Below, one piece after another: positions 63,690 to 64,000 of a stretch of 64,000 nt of DNA. Numbering within the stretch: position 1 is the first letter of the stretch; the number at the start of each line of letters is the position of its first letter. Position numbers and translations under genes: made by a program. The notes under the pieces are model-generated. The model saw only the letters and a program-made list of their open reading frames with translations, was not told where the DNA came from and ran no database searches. This DNA comes from Ruditapes philippinarum (Eukaryota), in the NCBI RefSeq assembly GCF_026571515.1, contig NW_026863541.1, forward strand, positions 310,001 through 374,000. The letters run 5' to 3'.

Positions 63690-63811
63690 TGCCCATCTTT
63701 GTTCATCGGAGGCCTCTTTCGCCAGGTGTCTGTTGTAAAGGTCCTCAGCTTTCATCAGATATTGTGCCGTCTTTCTCCGTACAGCATCTCTACGTCCCTT
63801 GTTTGTATCAC
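63690..63811 (-). CDS. RPS6KC1: RPS6KC1-like exon, C-terminal part of MIT domain (upstream exons lie beyond the window)
   Basis: GDTNKGRRDAVRRKTAQYLMKAEDLYNRHL matches the last MIT helix; acceptor CTAG|, donor |GTATGT; 122 nt, phase 1 to 0. Confidence 0.88.
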
Positions 63812-64000
63812 CTAGATCAGTACATGACAATGATAAGCCAAAAGTGCATAAATAACAATAAATATCAATTTCACAATGTAAAAGAAATGATGTTTACCAA
63901 CATTTACGTTATCTGGTTAGAACACTTTTACCTTGTTATAATAATGTTGCAAAGGTAAATTCTACAGCTATAAGCCAGGTCAGATTTTCCTGAGAAACAT

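Overview
AT-rich animal genomic DNA, most likely a bivalve mollusc. This is inferred from the repeat repertoire (pearl/HINE-type elements with ~160-bp core repeats, tRNA-derived SINEs, palindromic MITEs); no database was consulted. Two protein-coding genes are supported, both on the minus strand. (1) The first coding exon of a Six4/5-class homeobox gene (SIX domain + ETVY homeodomain, 21534-20753) has a clear TATA/Inr/CCAAT/GC-box promoter, a short uORF, and no recognisable second exon in the remaining 20.7 kb. (2) Seven exons of the 3' part of an RPS6KC1/RPS6KL1-like MIT + split pseudokinase gene (63811-54067) have consistent splice phases. The rest is intron/intergenic DNA with many short non-autonomous elements, minisatellites and three N gaps. 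Most notable non-coding observations: (a) two direct-repeat copies of a hairpin-ended element whose imperfect terminal palindrome is in opposite flip/flop orientations (34068-34791), with architecturally similar elements elsewhere; (b) a candidate HDV-like ribozyme with a compensatory P1.1 swap just behind a TATA box (40669-40850), followed by a duplicated structured motif with compensatory changes; (c) a minimal hammerhead ribozyme next to a gap-flanked palindrome (32178-32215); (d) a three-level nested transposon insertion (37472-39745).
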